64,000 bases of DNA from Lama glama (Eukaryota), in assembly GCA_028534125.1 (NCBI GenBank), contig JAPYYK010000144.1:496001-560000 (forward strand), given 5' to 3'. The notes beneath the pieces were generated by a model that was not told the DNA's origin, did not search any database, and saw nothing but the letters and a program-made list of their open reading frames with translations. Positions 62,413 through 64,000 of the stretch are shown here, piece by piece (position 1 is the stretch's first letter; the number at the start of each line of letters is the position of its first letter). Position numbers and translations under genes: made by a program.

Positions 62413-63104
62413 CTATTCTGCCATCCTCAGCCAGGGAGTCCCAACGGCCTTGGCCAGGGCGGCCATCCCAAAGGGAAATGTTGGTGTCAGGGGAGATGCT
62501 ATATGATTTGGGTAGGGTAATGGCTGCAAATACGTCCTCAGGGTTAGCTTTGCCCCTCCTAGAGTCTCTAGGACAGGGAGAAATGCAAAAAATCAGGGCC
62601 TTTCAAATACACTTTTTGAGCTTTGAGTAATTGCTTCAATCTCAAGCATCCACCTCCTGCAATGGGAGGAGAAAGAAGGCATTGGTTGGACAGCTGCCAG
62701 TTCCCACTGTCTTTCAAAGATTACAATTGGGCTCTGGGGAAGGCAGATTAGGTTTTGCTCCCCTGGGATGCAAACTGCAGCATCTGCGATAAATTTGAGG
62801 AGGTGGTTACTCTGATAAACACGACTTCCCTTGTACAGCTCCAGCTGTGATTTAATGCTCCCATCCTGATGTACCAAGAAGTGTTGATTTTGTAGCTTCA
62901 AGAAATAAAAGCGCCAAGCTTAGCCTGACAGGGAAAGAGCCTGCATCTTCTTATTCTCTTAAAGCTCCGCTTAAGAGGATAAGGCTCCCATGGGCCCTGG
63001 GTCCACCCATAACACTGACCAGTTGCCAGAGTATTCATGAAAGCAGGGCTGGCTCACCCACTGGGCACAGGAGGCTCAGTGCCAAGTGCCAGATCTTGTG
63101 AGCA

Positions 63105-63192
63105 TATTAAGTACCACCGAAGTGGACACTTTAAAAGGGTATGTGAATTCATGGTATGTAAATTACATCTCAGTTTTAAAAAATAAATAAAA
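63105..63192 (+). mobile_element. L1 extreme 3' end fragment (L1MB/ME-like)
   Basis: cactttaaaagggtatgtgaattcatggtatgtaaattacatctcag followed by an A-rich tail. Confidence 0.7.
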
Positions 63193-64000
63193 GAGACTTT
63201 AAGAATTACACAAACTAAAAAAAAAACAAAAACAAGCAAGAACCTTCTGGGAGTCTAAAACATGAATATGACATTGTCTCAGCCAGTGGGCAACTCATAG
63301 GCAAGTTGGAGAATCCTCAAATTCTGCCAAACCACAGCCCACCTGCCACACTCGGACTCGGAGTCAGGAGAATGTGACTGCCCCCTCAAGCAACTAGTCT
63401 CCAGCCATTTAGAAACAGCCTACCTGAGAGCTACACCTAGGTCTCAAAAGTTAACTTCATACCCTTTCTCCAATGAGTCCCAGATGGAAGCCTCTTAAAA
63501 ACTCACTTCTCTTAGTTAATTCTGAAGTGAGACTGTGAACAAAACTCACCCTAGAAATAGTAGCCAAACCTGGTGTGACAAAACCAGTCAAGCCTGTGAA
63601 ACGTCTGCTGGATTTCGTTAGACCTGCACACAGAGGATTTGTGATTTCGGTGTTGTCAGGCACTGTACACATCGCTCACAGAATTAGGACAGTTGAAGAG
63701 GCCATATTTCCAGTTGTGTTCTAGACATAGGAATGACGTTCCGGCAGGTGAGGAAAAATGGCAGAACTTAACATCAAACACTTTGAGTTTAAACTAAGTT
63801 TTGTCATTTAGATTCTCAAAGTCAGTTTCATCAACCATTAAATGGCAGTATTATGACCACCAAAGAGACTTCTAGTAAATAAGAGATGTGAAGATTCCTG
63901 TCACTGATTCCTTCCTGCGTGGAACTGAGTGCTTGTTCCTAGAGACCATTCTAAGCCAGTTTGGGCCCAGGTGGCAGTTTTCTTCATCTTTGTCTGAGGC

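Overview
Mammalian, almost certainly camelid (alpaca/vicuna/camel), non-coding DNA: four tRNA-Ala-derived vic-1-type SINEs are present. No protein-coding exon is recognisable. Every supplied ORF is short, repeat-derived, random, or an artefact of N-gaps. The window is a mosaic of decayed L1, L2, CR1/L3 and RTE-like LINE fragments, MIRs, MaLR (MLT1) LTRs, hAT/Tigger DNA transposons and a cluster of ERV1-type solo LTRs at 54.5-61.8 kb, separated by unique segments that look regulatory. L1 copies are mostly on +, which hints at a long intron of a minus-strand gene (inference only). The most unusual object is a 489-bp insertion at 10878-11366. It has a 5-bp TSD and perfect 13-bp terminal inverted repeats, and it encloses an LTR-like unit (TATA, AATAAA, U5 end CA-TT) followed by a tRNA-Trp primer-binding site and a splice donor. 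Other leads are a recursive-splice-site-like AG|GTAAG junction beside a dense enhancer motif cluster (44.3-44.8 kb), a compact promoter/first-exon candidate with a hairpin (31.5-31.7 kb) and a 132-bp fold-back element (61.06-61.19 kb). Repeat family names come from recalled consensus sequences, not from a database search, and most boundaries are approximate.
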